Assembly (NCBI GenBank): GCA_963575745.1
Contig: CAUYUJ010000227.1
Location: 1 to 64,000 of the forward strand
DNA: 64,000 nucleotides
Direction of reading: 5' to 3'
Origin: Prorocentrum cordatum
Taxonomy: Eukaryota
Made by a program: the position numbers and the translations under genes. How positions within the stretch are numbered: the first letter of the stretch is position 1; each line of letters begins with the position of its first letter. This document shows positions 59,509 through 64,000 of the stretch, piece after piece. A model generated the notes under the pieces. That model had not been told where the DNA came from, ran no database searches, and was given only the letters and a program-made list of their open reading frames with translations.

Positions 59509-62042
59509 ATGGCGATGGTATTCCCCGCGAACCAAGCTATCGTCGTCGGTGGCGGCTTGGCAGGCGTGTCCGCAGCCAACACGGTTCTCGAGTGCGGGGG
59601 CAAGGTCGTCTTGGTAGACAAGTCCTCTTTTTGCGGCGGCAACTCGACAAAGGCGACCAGCGGCATCAATGGTGCGGAGACGAAGACGCAGAAGGCCAAG
59701 GGCATCCAGGATTCCCGCGATCTCTTCACCAACGACACCTTGAAGGGTGGGGCCAAGCGTCCGGAGCTCGCTAAGATCCTTTGCTGGAACAGTGGCGCAG
59801 ACGTGGACTGGCTTGTCGACAAGTTCGACCTGGACCTGTCTCTTGTGGCGCGCCTCGGTGGCCACTCGGCGCCGCGCACTCACCGTGGCGCGGAGCGCTT
59901 TCCCGGCATGACCATTACCTACGCCCTGATCCAGATGCTTGAGAAGGCTCTGGAGGGAAAGCTAGACACAGACACAACAAAACTACGACTCCCGATCACA
60001 TATGGGAAACTCGCAGGGAAATTGAGGGGAAGACGAAACGTCAGAAGATACATCAGCCAACGTTGACTCCAAATAGATAGGAGGACAGGAGGAGGACGAG
60101 AGGAGGATGGCAGGAGGACGAAAGGAGGACGGGAGCAGGACGGGAGGAGGACCGGAGGAGCAAAATCAAGCAAACACAAGCGAGCAAGCGGAAGCAAGCA
60201 AGCGCAAGCGAGCAATAACAAGCAAGCAAGAGCCATCGATCAAGTGCAAGCAAGAAAAGGCAAGCAAGAGCAAGCAAGCAAGAGCAAGCACGCAAGCAAG
60301 AGAGCAAACAAGAGCAAGCATAGGACTCGCCGTTGGAAATAGCTGGGGGGTTCCATTGGAAATAACGGGGGTTGCCATTGAAAAAAGGTGGGGTGAGGGG
60401 GCGCCATTGGAAATAAGGGGGGCTGCCATTGGAAAAAAGGGGATTGGGTGCTAAAGATCAATTAATTGAGCTAGGACTCCTATAGGGCAAACCTGTTTGG
60501 ATAATGACAAACTATGGGGAATTCGGGAAATTGTGTCTTTTTGCTTGTGTCTCCCTGGGCCCTGTAAAGGTTGCAGAGAAGACTGACCGTGCCCGCATCA
60601 TCACCAAAGCCTGCGCCCACAAGCTGCTGACCAACACGTCGGGGGGCAAGCTCTCCGTAGTGGGCCTGATCTATTCCAAGAACGGTGAGGATCTCGAAGA
60701 CGGAACAAATGAGTTTAATCCATAAGCTTTAGGAGGTCCGCCAAGATGTCTTGGAATTGTGCTGGGCCCCCCTGGCGCGCGGAGCGCGCCAGGGGCGGCT
60801 CTGGAGGCGCCGCCAGGGGGTCCATCGCCGATTCAAGAAATCCGCGCGGAGCTCTGAACGTTTAGTGCGATGCCGTTACTTCTTTGTCCAGGATTTCAAG
60901 GAGTTCGGCCCCGTGATCTTGGCCAGCGGTGGCTTCGGCGCCGACTTCACCACGAACTCGCTGCTGGCGCAGTACCGCCCCGACCTGCTCCATCTGCCTA
61001 CCACCAACGGCGAGCACTGCACTGGCGACGGAATCAAGATGGGCGAGGCAATCGGCGCGCGGACCATCGACCTGGAGTGGGTCCAGGTGCACCCGACGGG
61101 GCTGGTGAAGCCAGACGACCCCGATGCGAAGATCAAGTTCCTGGCTGCAGAGGCCCTGCGCGGCGTGGGCGGGCTGGTGTTCGACGCCAACGGCAAGCGC
61201 TTCGCGAACGAGCTGGGCCGCCGGGACTACGTGACCGGCGAGATGTGGAAGAACAAGCCGCCCTTCCGCCTCTGCCTGAACAAGGCGGCCTCCGACGAGA
61301 TCAGCTGGCACTCGGGGGCGAAACGCATATCCGTACCCGCGGCCTCGCGGGCTGGGGATACGGGGCGCTTTTTCGCGGATGCCCGCGCAGAACTTATGCG
61401 TGCGACCGCGTGTCCGCGGGATCGCGCCCCAGAATCCAGACCGCGAGGGCGCGGATGCGGACATGTTCGCCGCTCGTGAGGCACTGCAAGCATTACACTG
61501 GCCGCGGCGTCATGAAGTTCTACGAGAATGGCGAGGCCCTCGCCAAGGACATGGGGATCCCGGTGTCTGTGCTCGAGGAGACCACTGAGCTGCACTACCA
61601 GGCGGCAAAAAAGACGGAGAAGGACCCGGATGGCGGCTCCTGGCCTGCCTACCCGTCCGGCAAGTCTTGGGACGAGCCCAGTGGCAAGACGGGCTCCGGC
61701 AAGAAGTTCTACCACAACATCATCCCGGGCTCCGCCGTGAAGACCCAGCCGTTCTACGTCGCCATCATCACCCCCGTCATCCACTACTGCATGGGCGGCC
61801 TGGAGGTGGACGTCGACTCCGCGGTGCTGGACACGAAGAGCGGCAAGGCGATCCCGGGCCTGTACGCCGCGGGCGAGGTGGCTGGCGGCATCCATGGCAA
61901 CAACCGCCTGGGCGGGAACTCCCTGTTGGACTGCGTCGTCTTCGGCCGCGTCGCTGCCAAGGCCGCGTGCAAGTACACGTTCGGTGCGGACGGCAAGTAC
62001 CAGCTGTGCCCCGTCCCGAAGCAGATCAAGGATCTCGCGTAG
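59509..62042 (+). CDS. osm1: Soluble FAD-dependent fumarate reductase, copy 2; exons 59509-59946, 60570-60689, 60892-61307, 61481-62042 (511 aa)
   Basis: Same exon lengths and motifs as copy 1. By eye there is one amino-acid difference (GLVYS/GLIYS) and about seven synonymous differences. Confidence 0.93.
59947..60569 (+). other. Intron 1 of copy 2, GC-AG (623 nt), with a 454-bp segment absent from copy 1
   Basis: Same ends as copy 1 intron 1; extra sequence at 60051-60504. Confidence 0.85.
60690..60891 (+). other. Intron 2 of copy 2, GA-AG (202 nt)
   Basis: Homologous to 49232-49437. Confidence 0.85.
61308..61480 (+). other. Intron 3 of copy 2, GC-AG (173 nt)
   Basis: Homologous to 49854-50025. 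Confidence 0.85.
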
Positions 62043-64000
62043 AGTGCTCGTGGCCGCGCGTGCCGCCCCAGTCATTGCCTCCTCGTTCCCTGTTGTGTTC
62101 CCTCTGCCATCGTGGGAGAAAGAAGGAGCCGGCATAAACATACACTTTCGGAGCTGCGCTCGGATCTCTTAGATATGCGCTGGGCCCCCTTGGCGACGCC
62201 TCTGGCGCCGCCCCTGGCGCGCTCCGCGCGCCAGGCAGGGGCGTCCAGCGCTGACCCGAGAAACCCGCGCGGAGCTCCGAAAGTTTATGGTTATGCGGTT
62301 GCTTCTCCCTCTGATCATATCCTCGTCCCTTCTTCTCTCTTCCCTTCTCCTTGTCCCCTTCCTCCACTGTGGCAGCCCTCTATGCACTAGTCGTGTTGGA
62401 GGGCATCACTTCCGCGGTGAGTGAAGGCTCACTTGCTTCCGCGATCGGACGTCCGAGGAGGGAAAAACATGCGCTACCGCCGGCTCCCTCGCGTCCCAGG
62501 AAGAGGCCGTCCAGTTCATTCAACTGGCTTGGAACAACCCCCAGCACCCGAGAGGTGCAACATTCGAGTCGGAGGGCATCACTTCTGCGGTGAGTGAAGC
62601 CTCACTTGCTTCCATGATCGGACGTCCGAGGAGGGAAAAGCAACCGCTCCCGCCTGCCACCTCGCGTTTCAGGCGCAGGCCGTCCAGTTCATTCAACAGG
62701 CTTGCGCCTTTCCCTAGCACCCGAGAGCTGAGTGGGCGAGTTCGCAGAAGGAGAATTCTTCCCGTCGGCGGCGAGGCGGCGAACTCCGCTCCAGCGAGAA
62801 GCTAGAAAGGGACACTAATTAGCGAATTGGCCGGCGGGCAACGAGAAGGGGGGGGGGACGGCCGAGAGGAAGAAGGGACGCTCAGACGCCGCAGAAGGAA
62901 AACGTGCGCAAACAGCAACTTTTGGAGCTCCGCGCGGATTTTCTTGGCGTTCTGCAGGGTCCCTGGCGCGCGGAGCGCGCCAGGGGCAATGCCAGAGGCG
63001 CCGCAAAGGGGGGCCCAGCGCCGATCCAGAAGATCCGCGCGGAGCTCCGAAGGTTCATGCTCATGCCGTCTTTCCTGTCTCTACGAGTGCAGCTCCCTCC
63101 GCTTAGGCTTCCCCAGCGGTCCGTCCAGCAACTGTGCCCAGGCTCTGGAGCATCGTCACTGGCACGGGGACGCGGACGGCAGTTCCTGCCCCTCTTGAGC
63201 CGGGCTCGCAGGCGGCATCTCGTATCGGACGAAGGGCAGTGCTTTCGTGTGTCGGGGTGTTGGTAGCTTCAATGAACGAGGCAGCGTTATAGATGAAGAG
63301 AATGCAGTGGCTTCAAGCAGGCCCTTTGTAGTACTCATTGGCCTTCGGCCCTGCCTGCCAGCGTTCCCAGGTCTTGGGCCAGGGGCCTCATGGAGTCTCT
63401 TGGGGGACCCCTTCGAGGCCTCTTGGAGGTCTCTTGGGGGCCTCATGGGAGCCTCTTGAAGCCTTCTTGGATGCCTCTTGGGTGCCTCCTGGGGCCTCTC
63501 GGGGAGCTGCTCGTCGTCTCGGCGGCCTTCGTACTTCATTCTTTAGGCCCCTAGTGGAGCCGCGTTGCAACCCTCCTGGGCCCCCCTTGAGGGGTTGGGG
63601 GCCGTGTTGGGGCAATCTTGTAAGATTTTTGGGCCGTCCTCGATGCTCTTAGTAGACTGGAGAAGGCGATAATGCTGAGCTCGTTGAACACAGGCATTTT
63701 TCAACGATTGCGGCCTCTTGGGCCCCCCCCCCCCTACGGCACCAGGACGGGCTTCTCGGGTCATCTTGCGGCACTCCCAGAGTTCGGCGTCCTCATAGCA
63801 CCTCCAGGGCCTCCAGGGCAGCCCAGCCAGAAGCCGAGGAGGTGTGCGAGGGCGCCCAGGAGTCCCGTGAGTTGGGGTTCTGGGCCCGTAATATGTATCA
63901 TAATTTCTGTTCAGGACTCGAAGGGACTTGAGTGGAGAACAGTCAAGGAAGTGCCTACGGCACGGTGGCAGATCTTACAGCTTCTTTTGTATTTCCATGC

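Overview
GC-rich, repeat-dominated eukaryotic DNA that looks like a dinoflagellate nuclear genome. The evidence is a 21/22 match to the dinoflagellate spliced leader, GC-AG and GA-AG introns with AG|G-type junctions, tandem gene copies, and EAKLEP-type PPR fragments, which suggest Prorocentrum (inference). 1-14.85 kb holds micro/minisatellites, a MITE, PPR fragments and a spliced-leader-capped, frameshifted retrocopy on the minus strand. After a 100-N gap, 14.95-44.5 kb is a deeply nested cluster of non-autonomous Helitron2/Helentron-like elements. They have asymmetric terminal inverted repeats, a 3' hairpin, no TSD, insert 5' of a T, and family A carries internal ~180-bp tandem repeats. Two 5'-truncated LINE-like retroelements lie inside this cluster. 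Their ORF ends in an apparently circularly permuted RNase H (GDS...HxxRExNxxAD...FDG...AE order), the most unusual signal in the window. 47-64 kb holds two tandem 4-exon copies (~11.0 kb apart) of an Osm1/Frd1-type soluble fumarate reductase gene. All three introns are non-canonical and repeat-flanked, and introns 2 and 3 are MITE-like (Introner candidates). A degenerate DIRS-like retrotransposon separates the two copies. All calls are by eye; no database searches were run.
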